From Octopus sinensis (taxonomy: Eukaryota): a DNA stretch of 64,000 nucleotides. Shown here one piece after another: positions 24,886 through 37,842 of the stretch. The position numbers were made by a program, and so were the translations under genes. The stretch covers positions 116,250,001-116,314,000 of the forward strand of contig NC_042997.1 in NCBI RefSeq assembly GCF_006345805.1, given 5' to 3'. The stretch's first letter is position 1. Each line of letters starts with the position of its first letter. The notes beneath the pieces were generated by a model. The model was given only the letters and a program-made list of their open reading frames with translations, was not told the DNA's origin and did not search any database.

Positions 24886-25894
24886 TAGCACGTCGGACAA
24901 AATACTTACCGGTATTTTTTCCGTTTTAACGTCCACTTCTGCACACCTGCATGGGTCAAACGAAATACACATTCACATCGCACGCTCATTAGCTAGCTAC
25001 CTAGATAGACTGATCTACATGCTAACAGAGGTACCCGGCGTTGCACTGAATGCCGAACAGAGATCAAGTTTGCCTTTCATCCTTGTCGATTCGATAAAAT
25101 AAAGTACCAGTCAAGTACGGCGGGGCAGGGGAGGATTGCGATGTAACCAAAATAACCCCTCCCCTCAAAACTACTGACCTTGAACCCCCACAACAGACGG
25201 CTATCCCGATCAGGAGCAATGTTGTGATCTTGGTCACTTACACGCCATGGGAACCAGAAAACCGACCTCACGAGCCATCAGGATCCAGAAAAATAACAAT
25301 GGAAAAGAAGATAGCAAGTTTAGTGAATTTGTTGTCGTGAATCAATACAGTTTTTTTGTTGTTGTTTTTTGTCTATTCCTGTCTCTCTTTTTGCTAACAA
25401 ATTAGCCGTATTTATTTTATTCACGACTGACTTGAATCTCTAGATTCTGAAAACCACAAATAGTTATCGGTTTTTGATGTTAATGAAGTCACACCTTTCA
25501 TTCATCAGATTTAATTTATTTCACCTCCAGCCTTCTAGCGTTTAATCAATAAATTAATTAAGAACAACTGTTCAATTTATTGTTTGCAATTGTCAATCTA
25601 AGCCTTAATCATGCAGCATTTGCATGCGAATTTGAAAAAGAAGAAAACGTTTTATTCGTTTCTTTAGTTGTTTTATATGGCAGTTGGTGAACAATAGCGT
25701 CGGCGTTGTTTACAGGACCAGTTATTGCTTCAACAGATCAGGTTGGTTTAGTGAGTTGCTCACGACAAGAATAATAAAGGAGTAATTTTAACAGAAAAAC
25801 AATATTTATAACTTCCATGGATAATCGACGACAAAAGATATAGAAGAGATCAGAATTAATCTGATGCCTTACCCTATACCTTTGTAGAGTACAG

Positions 25895-26006
25895 ATTTAT
25901 AATTCTTAAACAAGAATATTATAGACAGTAACTTCTAAGTTTCGGCTGGCTAGCCCATCGTCAGAAACGTCGAAGTCACTGTCAATAATATTTCTGGCTT
26001 AAGAAA
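25895..26006 (-). mobile_element. Small fold-back PLE remnant with hammerhead core
   Basis: Imperfect arms ~25903-25942 / 25965-26005. Minus strand reads CUGACGA-ug-GGCU-agcc-AGCC-GAAAC-UUA-gaag, and the other arm keeps GAAACGUC. A related copy starts at ~63925. Confidence 0.65.
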
Positions 26007-26235
26007 TATATATATATATATATATATAATATATATTATATATATATATATATTATATATATATATATATATATAATATATTATATATATATAATATGTA
26101 CGTATGTATAATATATATATATATATATATATAATAATATCTTTCTACTTTTCTTAACATGAACCAATTGTAGCCTTAATTCGCAAACAGGGAATTTTAT
26201 TCAGCAATGCGGTGTGAGCATAATTTTTATCGTTT

Positions 26236-26271
<36 letters not shown>

Positions 26272-26274
<3 letters not shown>

Positions 26275-26488
26275 CATATAAAATACAGTGTACATTTAAA
26301 CGCATAAGCGGTGTCCATCATAGGATTACCTTACGCTAGAAGGAACAGCTAAAGTCTGGACACCCCTTAAGTGTTTAAATATACACTGTATTTTATATGA
26401 ATGATATATAGTCTATTGACTAATTTTTCTATACGCTAGGTCACTGGTAGTAAAAATTTCTAAAATCCTTATTATCCTGATATTATAT
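26272..26488 (+). mobile_element. Fold-back PLE-type insertion in (TA)n, same family as 11537-12290
   Basis: Arms 26272-26317 / 26357-26402. The tail's reverse complement ccagtgacctagcgtatagaaaaattagtcaa matches ~11992-12030. Confidence 0.75.
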
Positions 26489-26519
26489 ATATATATACAT
26501 ATATATATATATAATTTAT

Positions 26520-27035
26520 ATAACTTCGATATGTTTCCGCCAGTATAGGTCCAAGCGACGTCTAACTTAATAGCACCGCCTGGTGAAGTCTTTTAGTCAT
26601 ATATGGGGCACCGTGGCCCACTCTAGCAAAACGTTATTATTGTTTGAGACATATCCGGGTGTAGGAGGTTGGTTCGGGTTTTTTGAAGAAATTTGTCCTG
26701 TGAACTTTTGAATTTTTTGAGATCCTTTTCCGTTTCGACGTATTTTGGTATGGTATTAAAGAGAGCTGGACGTAATATTGCGATGTGTACCGAGTTCGAT
26801 TTGTAGTGGGCGGATAGCACGGGGGCCAACTCTTCGATGGATTTTGAAATTGATGCCAACATCATTTGTGCAATATTGATGGAATATTTTCTACATCACG
26901 CAAATGATGTAGCCCTTCCGGTGGAATTGGAGAGAGTAAAGATTGAGAGTTTTTTTAGTCGACCCCAATAGTCAATGCCTGTCATGCCGTCTATCTTTCT
27001 TGTTATTGACTGTTGACCTCTGGAGTGCTTCCACT
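26520..27035 (-). pseudogene. CR1-group LINE 3' fragment
   Basis: QQSITRKIDGMTGIDYWGRLKKL ... RPALFNTIPKYV..DLKKFKSSQDKFLQK (Y..RLK.L and LFN.LP..FK..LDKFL motifs), with frameshifts. Confidence 0.75.
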
Positions 27036-27294
27036 TTATATATACGTACACACACACATACATACATACATATATATATATATACATACATACAGTCACA
27101 GACACACCACATACACACCACACACACACATGCATAAGATATATATATGTTTTATCATTTACTGGTTTCAGCCCAGGGCCGAGGTCATGCAGGTGCACCA
27201 TGCTTATATATGTATATACGTGTGTAATTTCAAAGACCGATAAGTCCATTCGACTAATCCCAGCTGCACGAAGCCTCACGTGCATGTTAGAATT

Positions 27295-27350
<56 letters not shown>

Positions 27351-28159
27351 TGTGTGTGTACGTGTGTGTGTGTGTGTTGTGTGTGTGTGTGTACGTGTGT
27401 GTGTGTGTGTGTTTTCAATAACGCAATTATGAATAAAACCCTGATATAATGAAATACATTATAAAACTGACTATCGGTGCGAAAGAACAAAGGTGCCGAA
27501 ACATATACAAACCATTACGCACGAGCGAGCACACGCACACACACAAACACACATACGAACACTCACATACTCTTACATATATACATACACACATATACAT
27601 ATTCATACCTCCTTCACTCCTTACATATATGCGCGTCTACTTACCTACCTACATACATATGTATATATATATACACACACACACAATCATGCATACACAC
27701 GCAGAGTACATGAACATTCATACAAATTTGCACATGCACTGACTCCAAATAGTGCGCCCATAAATACATACATACATATATACATACATACACACATACA
27801 TACATGCTTACATACAAACATGCATACATACATTTATACATATATACATGCATATATACATACTTACATAAATAAATACATACATACATATATATATACA
27901 TACATGCATATATGCATACATGCATACAAACATGCATACATGCATACATACATACATGCATACATACATACATATACACATGCATACATACATGCATACA
28001 TGCATACATACATACATACACACATACATACATACAGTAATACATACATACATACACACATGCATACATACATACATACATACATACATACATACATACA
28101 TACATACATACATACATACATACATACATACATACACTCATACATATATGCATACATTT

Positions 28160-28275
28160 ATACAAAAATGCCCTGCTTATGTTATTGAAATTGCAATGAA
28201 GGTGTCTTGGGTTTAGGTTAGAAACAGGTTCTTTCTCTATTGGCAAGAAATCTTGAAATGAAACTAAATAATGAC
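28160..28275 (+). mobile_element. Terminal 3' UTR of the (CATA)n-associated LINE (family 4)
   Basis: Matches 17855-17970 (aggttagaaac.ggttctttct.tattg..aagaaatcttgaaat), with (CATA)n on both sides. Confidence 0.8.
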
Positions 28276-28315
28276 ATACATACGCACACATCAATCCGTA
28301 CGTACATATATATAT

Positions 28316-28618
28316 ATCACGTGACGTGACCGACCAGTCCATCAGATGTAGTTACACATCGCAGGTCACAATGCGTTCGCATTGGTTTAGCCTTCAAATG
28401 ACGCCACCCCGCTGGCTAAGCGAGCAGGCCAACAGAAGAAAGAGTGGGAGAAAGAGTGGTGAAATAGTACAGCAGAGATCACCACGCCCTGCTGGAGCCT
28501 CGTGGAGCTTTTAGGTGTTTTCGCTCAATAAACACTCACAACGCCCGGTCTGGGAATCGAAACCGCGATCCTACGACCGCGAGTCCCGCTGCCCTAACCA
28601 CTGGGCCATTGCGCCTCC
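28316..28618 (-). mobile_element. tRNA-derived SINE family C, full length
   Basis: ggaggcgcaatggcccagtggttagggcagc...ggtttcgattcccag (A and B boxes), ~230-bp body, ends gtcacgtcacgtgat(at)n. Confidence 0.85.
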
Positions 28619-28662
28619 ACACACACACACACACACACACCACACACACACACAACACATAT

Positions 28663-28718
<56 letters not shown>

Positions 28719-29968
28719 TTACGTACATACATTTGTATGTGCATACTTACGTACATACATAAGTACGTACGTGCATAGATACATGCATACATACACACAC
28801 CCATCCATCATTTCATCCATCCATCCATCCATCCATCCATACATAGATACATACATACATACATACATACATACATACATACATACATTACATACATCCG
28901 TCCATTCATCCGTACATACATACATACATACAAAGGCGCACACATACATATACGCAAGCACAAACTCACACAGACACACACTCACACCTTCCTCCTCCTC
29001 TTCCTCCTATCCCTTTTCCCATACTCCCTTTTCCCGTCTTTCTCCTCTGCTGCTCCACACAGCGTCCTTCCGCGATACAATGTCACAGAGTTAAAACACT
29101 AAAGCTGTCCATGTAGACTGCTTGTCTAATTCCCTTAAGCTGACAAGCAAAACCAGTATGATATTATTGGTGTTTCGACAGAAGATTGTTAGCAGTCAAT
29201 CTCGTAATAACCACTACACTTGATGAAATCAATTGTCGAGAAAGATCAATTTGTTCTTGTTTTGTTTCCTTGTTTTTCTTTTGTAATATTCTTAGCTGCT
29301 TCATCGACGTTATCAATTTCATTGTGAATAACGAAGATGTTGGTTCCAACAAGCAATTTTCTGTTTTTTCTTTGTTTTTTTTTTTTAATCCAACTTCGGT
29401 TTAAATTATAAGAATTAAAACAAGATTATTAGCCCTGAATCCATCTTTTAGTATCACAATTACTTTGTGTTTGCGTTCAAATAATTTCCAGTCTGCAGTA
29501 TCTTTCACACACATGCACACACGTCGACACAACACACACACACAAACATACATTATATGTGATATGCGTGTATACGAGTGAATCTATGTGTGAATGTGTG
29601 TGTGTATGTGTGCTTGTCTGCACCACGCTCAGTTACATGTTTTGAGAATCTATTCTTACAATAAGGCTTTTACGTAAACTTTGTCACGAGTAAATGTGCC
29701 TGTATGTACGTATGTACAGCACCTACACCATCATCCACACACCTACACACACTCGCACACGTCAAGGTCACCAGCCCCCTTCCACACGCACATACACGCA
29801 CTCACATGCACACGCACGCGTACCTTCAGTTTGGGATCACCACTACTTTATTATCTTCCCTTCTTCCTAGATCTCCTGTGTGACCCCTCTGTCCGGCCCT
29901 CGCCATGATGAATCGCTAGCCACTAAACCTTTTTCTATTTTCGCTCCCTGTTTTTTTTTTCTGTGTTC

Positions 29969-30004
29969 CTTTCTGTCGAAGAACGTAGGCTCGAAACGTA
30001 AAAG
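29969..30004 (+). ncRNA. Minimal hammerhead-like motif, U6 variant
   Basis: cuuu-CUGUCGA-a-gaac-guag-gcuc-GAAACGUA-aaag. Confidence 0.7.
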
Positions 30005-30072
30005 ACTTTCTCACTTCCCGAGCATTAAACTAATACATCTGTTTATTGTTTGCACGCCCGTCTTCGTCTTTT

Positions 30073-30350
30073 GCTATTTTGCAACCAATGTCATCTACTG
30101 CATCTCTTGCTCTTTCTGCCCTTCTCTATACATCGGGCAAACGGGATGCCGCTTGGCTGACCGGTTCGCGGAACACCTCCGAGACATCCTACTCGGCAAT
30201 GACACCCCAGTCTCGCGCCATTTCCGCTCTACCGGTCACTCTTTGCAAGACCTGTCTGTGTTCGAATTATCCTTGCACAGGGGCCATCCGATTCCCGTTT
30301 TCGCCGTGAACGGATTAATCTTCTCTCTTCGCTCCTTTCTGCCATATGGG
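30073..30350 (+). pseudogene. GIY-YIG endonuclease with CCHH zinc finger (PLE, Neptune-like), truncated
   Basis: NVIYCISCSFCPSLYIGQTGCRLADRFAEHLRDI...PVSRHFRSTGH: VIY-YIG motif, R..EH, CxxC..H..H. Confidence 0.9.
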
Positions 30351-30985
30351 CTCAAATCTCCTTCCTTCTCCTCTCTCCCTCTCATACCTACTTCCAAACA
30401 CCCACCTCTCCTCACTTGCTTCAACTCCTACTTCTCTTCACTCCTACTCTCCTTCTCTCCTCTTCACTCCTACCTACCTTTTCCCTTACCCTCTCCTTTC
30501 ATCTTCACCCTCACTCGTAACCTCACCCCTACACAATCCAACCCCACCTTCCTTATCCATCCCATCCCCCCACCCACTCCCACATACCCCACCTCTATCC
30601 CCACCCTTGCTTTCCCCACTCACGCCTCCCCACATCCCAACACCACCACACCACACTACACACCACTACACCATACACCACCATACCACACAACACCACA
30701 TCACATCACACCATCACGCACATACTAACACTGATCAATTCACAGCCCCACACCATCATCTACACATACACACACGTACACGTCAAGGTCACCAGCCCTC
30801 TTCCAAACGCACATACATGCTCTCAAATACAGCCGCACGCGTACCTTCGTTTTGGGATCACTACTACTTTATTATCTCACCTACTTCCTAGCTCTCCTGT
30901 GTGACCCCTCTGTCCGGCATTCGCCATGATAGATAGCTAGCCGCTACACATTCTTTATTTTCTATCCTTGTTTCTTTCTGTGTTC

Positions 30986-31021
30986 CTTCCTGTGGAAGAG
31001 CTTAGACTCGAAACGTTAAAG
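30986..31021 (+). ncRNA. Minimal hammerhead-like motif, U6 variant
   Basis: cuuc-CUGUGGA-a-gagc-uuag-acuc-GAAACGUU-aaag. Confidence 0.65.
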
Positions 31022-31169
31022 ACATTTTTACTTCCCGAGCGTTAAACTAATATATCTGTTTATTGTCTACACCACTTGTCTTCGTCTTTTGTTTGTTTGT
31101 TTTTGTGAATTCTCCCCCCTCCCCATACTATATATATATATATAACATCCTAGTCACATTTAGTGATAA

Positions 31170-31879
31170 CTAGCAGCATAGCCCGGCGTTGCCCGGGTAT
31201 GTAAGAAACTTTGTCGATAAGCAATGCCCTTTACCTTTTTACCCTTTTTTGTACTCATTGAACCGTTATTTAAAAAAAATATTGCAGAAAAATCGGTTTG
31301 CTATGTGTGCCACATATGATGTAATTAACCGATTTTTTCCAGTAATAACGTATCCTATTAGAATCAAAAGGGCCATATAGCTCCTTGGAGCAGACATGAT
31401 GCTCGCTGTGAATTTCAAAAAAATTCTTGCCAATTTGTTAAAGATATTGTCAAAAATATGTCATCTTGAATTTGAACGCGATTTCCCAAAATGGCATGAT
31501 TTTATCGATTTCTTCTGTTGGTAAGGTATTGCATGGAAAACTAACGTCAGAATTAAGTTCCTTAAGGTAACATTAAGCTTCACCATGAGTTTGGTGAAAA
31601 TCGATTGCATTGCGAAAACTACCAACGGAAAATGTGTTGCATATGATAAGCTTAGATTCTCGACCCCTTATTGAATTTAATTTATCGATTTTTTTCAGAA
31701 CTGGGGGAAACTTTTCAAAATTTTTCGCTGCGTTATTTTGAATTATGACATTGGGCTATGTGTGTGTCAAGTTTCATCAGAATCGGTTGAAAGCCGTGGT
31801 CAGGGTGAGGGTACACAACTGACAACACACAGACAGACAGACACACAGACCAACAAACTGCCTTTTATATATATAGAGA
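31170..31879 (-). mobile_element. Non-autonomous Helitron
   Basis: Minus strand starts TC(tctatatatataaa) and ends with hairpin cccgggcaacgccggg followed ~7 nt later by CTAG. Inserted between A and T with no TSD. Internal (CAGA)n. Confidence 0.85.
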
Positions 31880-31954
31880 TTATATTTTTTTCCTTTTTGG
31901 TAAAACATTGGAAACTTCTTTTATTTAATTATATATTACATATATATATACTAG

Positions 31955-32232
31955 ACTAAGCAATAAATTTAGCAACGATGCCTTACCACATACCGTATTT
32001 AGAAATAGAGTCAAAGAGTTATAATAGCTATTTCTTCTACTTTTAGTATAATAAATAGCTATAACTCTTTGACTGCTATTTCTAAATTCGGGATGTGGTA
32101 AGGCAATTCGTTGCTAACCCTTTATTGCTTAGTAATTACTTAAATTTCCTCGAATGAGGCTTTTACTATGCCAGAAGACTACTTGGTGTAATTGATATTA
32201 TAAAGTATTATTTCACCCTTCATTATTACGGA
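31955..32232 (+). mobile_element. Fold-back PLE-type insertion in (TA)n
   Basis: Imperfect ~80-bp arms 31955-32033 / 32052-32133, then a ~100-bp tail related to that of 5595-5700. Confidence 0.7.
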
Positions 32233-32240
32233 TATATATC

Positions 32241-32299
<59 letters not shown>

Positions 32300-33130
32300 T
32301 GTATAATCGTCTAAGAATCGATATCAGTAAAAATATACACTCGTATATTTGCCAATAGAGTGGGCGTATTAATTAAAGTGAACATTATATTATTATATAC
32401 CCATTACGGTGGACCTTACCAAGTGAGATATTTAGTCCTTGCCCACATGAAAGAAAATGTATTTTATCGTACCTATGGGTCCTATCATAACTATAACCAC
32501 AAGTTCTCCACGTTCAACTCTTTCACCACGATAACCTGAAAGCCCAGCAAAGAATTTAAGGAAAACGTAAACAAACCGACACATATACACAGTTGCACAA
32601 AGAGGGTTTAAACCTTCGGACCCCACCCCCACCACCATCACCACAACCACTAAAATACTGTCACATATATTACCCTTACGCACATTTCAACCCCACACGA
32701 ATAACACAAGTAGATTAACCAAAAACAAATAAACGAACACACAAGCACATATAGGTTTAATCGTTCGACACCCCTATAGCCCCTAGACTCTACACATAAT
32801 AACACTGCACATATTCCAATCTTACAAGATACCAACCCCTGACGCCCACACACATTTCCAAACACTTGTCGCCCTATAACACCTCAGGGACCATTTATTT
32901 CAAGGGCCATAACTCTTGACGTAATCCTTGGTCACTTCGACCTGTCATTTTTGCACAACACCCACGAACCGCATGTGATTTTTCATCCCCAAGAAGAGAG
33001 GGGAAATTGCCATATTTTTTCATACATACCAATTTATAAACACATGATGTTGCATAGCTATCATCCGGCTTAATAGCTAGTGTGAATAGTAGAATTGGCT
33101 GTAGTGGATATATGTCACTGTATATATTTG

Positions 33131-33161
<31 letters not shown>

Positions 33162-33167
33162 ATATAT

Positions 33168-33325
33168 AGGGAGAGTTTACGAAAAAAACAAAAGACGAAG
33201 AAAGGTGGTGTACAAAACAAACAGATGTATTAGTATAAAGCTCAGGAATAGAAAAAGTCTTTTACGTTTCGCGCCTACGCTCTTCTACAGAAAGGGACAC
33301 AGAAAAAAACAAGGCGAGAAACAAT
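33168..33325 (-). mobile_element. PLE pLTR fragment with U6 hammerhead-like motif (33259-33294)
   Basis: cuuu-CUGUAGA-a-gagc-guag-gcgc-GAAACGUA-aaag, with the same 3' tail (aaactctccc then TA repeats) as 31118. Confidence 0.8.
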
Positions 33326-33577
33326 GTGTGTGTATGTGTGTGTGCGTGTGTGTGTGTGTGTGTGTATAAGGACCTAGATAAGAATGGAGAATTATACATC
33401 TTTAATTAATAAGTTACAACATATAAAAGGCCCCACATTTGCTGCCATTATGCTGGCATGCATCTTTGGATCTATATAAAAGTATAATCATTTTAATATG
33501 AATCAATTAGTGTGCAGAAACAAGTCATCCAGGGGTTAAAACACTTGCGCAATAGAAACATGTGTCGGTATTTTATA

Positions 33578-34143
33578 TTGGGTTGTCCGGAAAGTTCGTG
33601 CCGATTTTTAAAGGAAAGAAAAAGGTCAATAAATACTTGCCATTACATTTTTAATCAACCGAATATGAACCATTTTGTTGCACAATGCGTCACCATCTTT
33701 CCTTTACCTTGAAAATACCCTCTTCCCAGAATTGAAGTGGTTTCATGGCAAAGGATTCATAAAGGTATCTTTTTACGTCATCCAAGGAATTGAAATTTTT
33801 ACCATTAAGACTATTCCGCAGAGACCTGAATAAGTGGAAATCCGAAGGAGCAATATCTGGTGAATATGGAGGCTGGGGTAACACATCCCAGCTGAGCTGC
33901 AGTAATTTTTATCTGGTTCCCAAAGCATCAAGTGCCGAAAATGAACTTTCTTATCTTCCATTTTAAAGGATTACAGAATTAACACAGGTTATAGGAACAT
34001 AAACCTTCTTCCACGAAAAGATAGCTTAAACTGTGCTCTAAATGGAGGCGTAGTCAAATCCTATTTTGTGGACTCAACCCTGTTCTAAAATAAGTCGAAA
34101 GATAAGCTACTATAAATCGGCACGAACTTTCCGGACAATCCAA
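33578..34143 (-). mobile_element. Mariner internal-deletion derivative
   Basis: TA-flanked ~30-bp TIRs (ttgggttgtccggaaagttcgtgccgattt). N-terminus MEDKKVHFRHLMLWE is fused to the C-terminal PPYSPDIAPSDFHLFRSL motif. Confidence 0.92.
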
Positions 34144-34429
34144 TATATTATACATTATTAATTAAACATGTGTAATTTTCCATTCTTCTTGGTATCCTTT
34201 TGATACAATCTGGAATAATTTTATGTGAAATTCTTGGAAGCAAACTCCGGATTTACTAATCAAACGGGAGAACAACTGTAATTGTAATAGATCCTAATGT
34301 GTCCTAATGTTTTCTCCAGGTCGATATAATTAGCCACGTTCGGATTACAAAGAATCAGCCTGAAGTCCTTACTCCTTTGTGGTATATATATAATTCAACA
34401 TGTGTAATCGCTGATCCAGATATTTTTAC

Positions 34430-34612
34430 TTCCATTCCACCCTCTCACCATTTGTTTTCTCTCCTCATTCCTTTCTGTAGAAGGGCGTACGCTCGAAACG
34501 TCTAAGACATCTTCCATTTTCCCTGAACCTAACTAATACAAACTGTTTGTTGCTCCTTCACCTATCTTCTGTGTTTTGTTTTTGTTTTGGGATTTTTGCA
34601 TAATTTTAAACC
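34430..34612 (+). mobile_element. PLE pLTR fragment with U6 hammerhead-like motif (34471-34506)
   Basis: cuuu-CUGUAGA-a-gggc-guac-gcuc-GAAACGUC-uaag. Confidence 0.75.
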
Positions 34613-35610
34613 ATATATTCGGGCTGTTCGGGCTTAGCCCGAATATAGATCCAATTAAGTGAACGTGTATTTGCAAGCTGATTTTATTTCTGCTAACACT
34701 AACATCTGGTTCCTTTCATTGAGCTTGGTTGCAGTTCATTTATCTTCGTTCAGTGTCTAGCGGTCGTCTTAGTGGTGCCCTGTGTCAAAAAATATCATTT
34801 GTAGAAGACGTTCTCTCGACATCGTTCACACGTGACTGTCTCGAACGTAGAAATTACAACCCGAGTTTCTATAATTGTAAAAATTAAAAGTAATTCAATG
34901 TTTTCTTGAAATAATAAAATTTCTATAGAGATTAGGATTTAAATTCCAATCTATGAAAAGTTTCCTTTCTACAATATTCTTAAAAGAACGAAAAATTATC
35001 CGGCAACTCGGGTAAATAAGAACGAGTCTGGTAGGTGCAAAGGACTAACTGGCATCTTTTGTCAAGAGTATAGGCGACAGTCAGATCGCTGAAGTTTGTT
35101 GTTCACTCCGCTGCTGTTATTTGACGCAGTTATTTTGTGCGTCTGTTTATAAAGACCAGTTGTGTTTTGCAGGGTTGCTTTATTTTTACCCTTAACTTAG
35201 AGATGGAGAAAGACATAGTGCTTGATATAAAAAAGAAAAGAAGCCATTTGGCGTTAGAAATAAAGTGGAAACACGCGAAATTCTTCGAGCAGGCATGTGT
35301 CTTATGCGAAATCTGTGATGAGCCCGAGGGACGCTGATTACTTGGAGTCGCCTCTGATATATATATATATATATTATATAGATATATTATAATAATTAGT
35401 GAAATAGAAAGATGAATAATCTTGTAGTAGATTAATCAAAAATTTTACCGTATACCTTAGTAGCAAAAATCACAGCAGTAACAGCACGGTTGGAGGTACA
35501 ACCATCTGGCGTTGCAACGTGCGTTGGTGCGGATAATTGAAATTAAAAACATTATTGGTGAATTGAAGAAATGGAGCTGAACGCAGATTGAACGAAATCG
35601 TTTTAATTCA

Positions 35611-35688
35611 TTCTACACGTGTTTCGAAAGGCACAAATACCAAAATCCGATTGATAATGGGACCATATTGTGTCTTTCTCTTCAGGAA
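35611..35688 (-). ncRNA. Type I hammerhead ribozyme motif
   Basis: uuc-CUGAAGA-gaaagacacaa...uugugccuuuc-GAAAC-ACGU-GUA-gaa: long stem II and palindromic stem III ACACGUGU. Confidence 0.8.
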
Positions 35689-36418
35689 GAAAAAAGGAAA
35701 TCCGCTGGAAAAACACAAAACGAACAGAGGCGGCAAAAGCAAATCGAACTATGCTCCTAAGAGCCCATGGCGAAACTGTTTATCAGTGTATGTTGAGAAC
35801 CGTGGCTGAAGAATTCAACACGGGTCAGGCATCGGTCATCATGTGGGTGAGGGTGTATAGATGTTCTTTGTGACCGAGCATAAAGTTCTGACTATTAAGG
35901 AATATTGGATGTAATATAAGGGGCGATAACAAATCTACTTAGAGACGTGGTGTGTTGTATACTGTTCTATATATGTGGTGTGTTGGCGTAGGGGTAGAAA
36001 ACATTTTTTGTGTACGTGTGTGCGTTTGATCGTTCGGCTGTCAGTGGCTACTGCCGTGATAACCGTTGGGGTTGCCAGAAAGAACAAAAAAAATAATCTA
36101 TATATATATATTATTGTTTTTTATGTGTGTGTTTGTGTTCATCCAAGCCTGCCTTGTCAAGGAAACCCCCCCGCTGTGAAAAACCACAGCCCGTTTTGTC
36201 TTACGAGTAGTCCCCTTGCAGTGGTTATCGTAGATATCTTAAAGACTATTTCAGATTTGTTACCAAGGGCTATGGGTGCCGGGTATATTTTTATAAACGC
36301 TTTTAAAGCCAGATAAGTGTAACGCCGCCAATGGGGGCATCGAAAAGAAGCCGACTGTAAAAGCCCGGTACATCCGGCCTCTGTTTCGTTTTTTTTTTCC
36401 AGCGGATTTCCTTTTTTC

Positions 36419-36497
36419 TTCCTGAAGAGAAAACACAATATGTCCAATTATTCAATCGGATTTTGGGTAATTTGTGCCTTTCGAAATACGTGTAGAA
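36419..36497 (+). ncRNA. Type I hammerhead ribozyme motif (inverted partner)
   Basis: uuc-CUGAAGA-gaaaacacaa...uugugccuuuc-GAAAU-ACGU-GUA-gaa. Confidence 0.75.
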
Positions 36498-36558
36498 TGA
36501 ATAACGACGTTTCTGTTCAATCTGCGTTCAGCTCCATTTCTTCAATTCACCAATAATG

Positions 36559-36598
<40 letters not shown>

Positions 36599-36599
36599 T

Positions 36600-36805
36600 A
36601 GTGAATGCAAACAAACAAGAAAAACAATAAACAAAAAAAGGAGAGGATGTGGTACAAGTACTGTATTATCAGACACTCAGGAAAGGAAGGAAAGAGGATT
36701 TAACGTTTTGAGCAAACCACTTCTTCAGAAATAGACGAAAGTCCTAAGGAAGGGAAAATGGAAGAAGAAAATCACCGACGATACACATGGGGTTACATTT
36801 TGAGG
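36600..36805 (-). mobile_element. PLE pLTR fragment related to the U6 family but with canonical A6, decayed
   Basis: auuu-CUGAAGA-agugguuugcuc-AAAACGUU-aaau followed by uuccugagug..uaauaca as in the U6 copies. GAAA is mutated. Confidence 0.55.
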
Positions 36806-37419
36806 CCGTAGTCTCCATAATTCCTGATGGAGTTATGGCGGCGTTTCTGGTTATATAGCTACTAGATTTAATGTGCAGACAAACAGGTTGACTGCTTGTT
36901 TCTCTGAGATTGGTGATGTGGAGACCACTGAAATGGCCTCAATGAGGATCGGGGAATCGATTATTGCAGTTTCTCTTTCTTTTTAATCTACATAGATTAT
37001 ACATGCTTGTATAAGTACTACGTAGATTTATACACACACACACAAGCACACATGCACGCACGCTCACACACACACACACACATACACTAACACACACACA
37101 CACACAAGCATAAATACACAAGCACACACATACACACACTAGCATGCACACAAACACACACATACACTAACACACACACACACAAGCATACATACACAAG
37201 CACACACATACACACACTAGCATGTACACAAACACACTCATACACGAACTGACACATGACATACACACACATACACACACTAACACACATGCACACACAT
37301 AAATATACACACACATAAACACACATATACACTCACACAAACGCACTGACACACATGCACTCACACAAATATACACATAATTCCCTTTCACACACACATA
37401 CACACACTCACACACTTTT

Positions 37420-37842
37420 TTCATCCTTTTCATATTCCAGTGTTTAGACTGCAGCCATATTGGGGCACCGCTTTGAAGAAATTTTAGTCTAATGAATCGA
37501 CCCCAGTACATAATTTTTGTGTAAGCCTGATACTTATTTTGTCAGTTTCCTTTGTCTAACCGCTAAGTTATAGGGACGCAAACACGCCGACACCGGTTGT
37601 TAAGTGGAGGTGGCAAACAAGCATAAACACAAAGACACACCCACCCACACAAATCACACACACGCACACACGCATATTCGACAGGCTTCTTTCAATTTCC
37701 CTCTATCAAACCTACACATAAGGCTTCGGTCGACCCGAGAGTATAGTAGCAGACAATTGCCCAAGATACCAGGCAGTGGGACTGAACCCAGAACAGTGCG
37801 GTTGGGGAGCCAACTTTTTGTCATACAGCCACACCAGCGCCG
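37420..37842 (-). mobile_element. SINE family B, full length, diverged
   Basis: Colinear with 18289-18696. Confidence 0.85.

Larger units (their letters stand above)
29720..31118 (+). mobile_element. Penelope-like element: pLTR - GIY-YIG endonuclease 3' part - pLTR plus tail
   Basis: Direct repeats ~29720-30072 and ~30748-31092, each with a hammerhead-like motif. Only the downstream repeat carries the ~25-nt tail ending ctccc before (TA)n. Confidence 0.85.
35378..36564 (-). mobile_element. PLE insertion in (TA)n with ~190-bp inverted pLTRs and ~165-bp tail
   Basis: Arms 35544-35733 and 36373-36564 are reverse complements, and each holds a hammerhead. Confidence 0.85.

Noticed and set aside
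28540-28618. tRNA gene calls for SINE heads (also 45480-45553 and the family A/B heads)
   Set aside because: They lack a complete acceptor stem and terminator, and run into SINE bodies with tails or TSDs.
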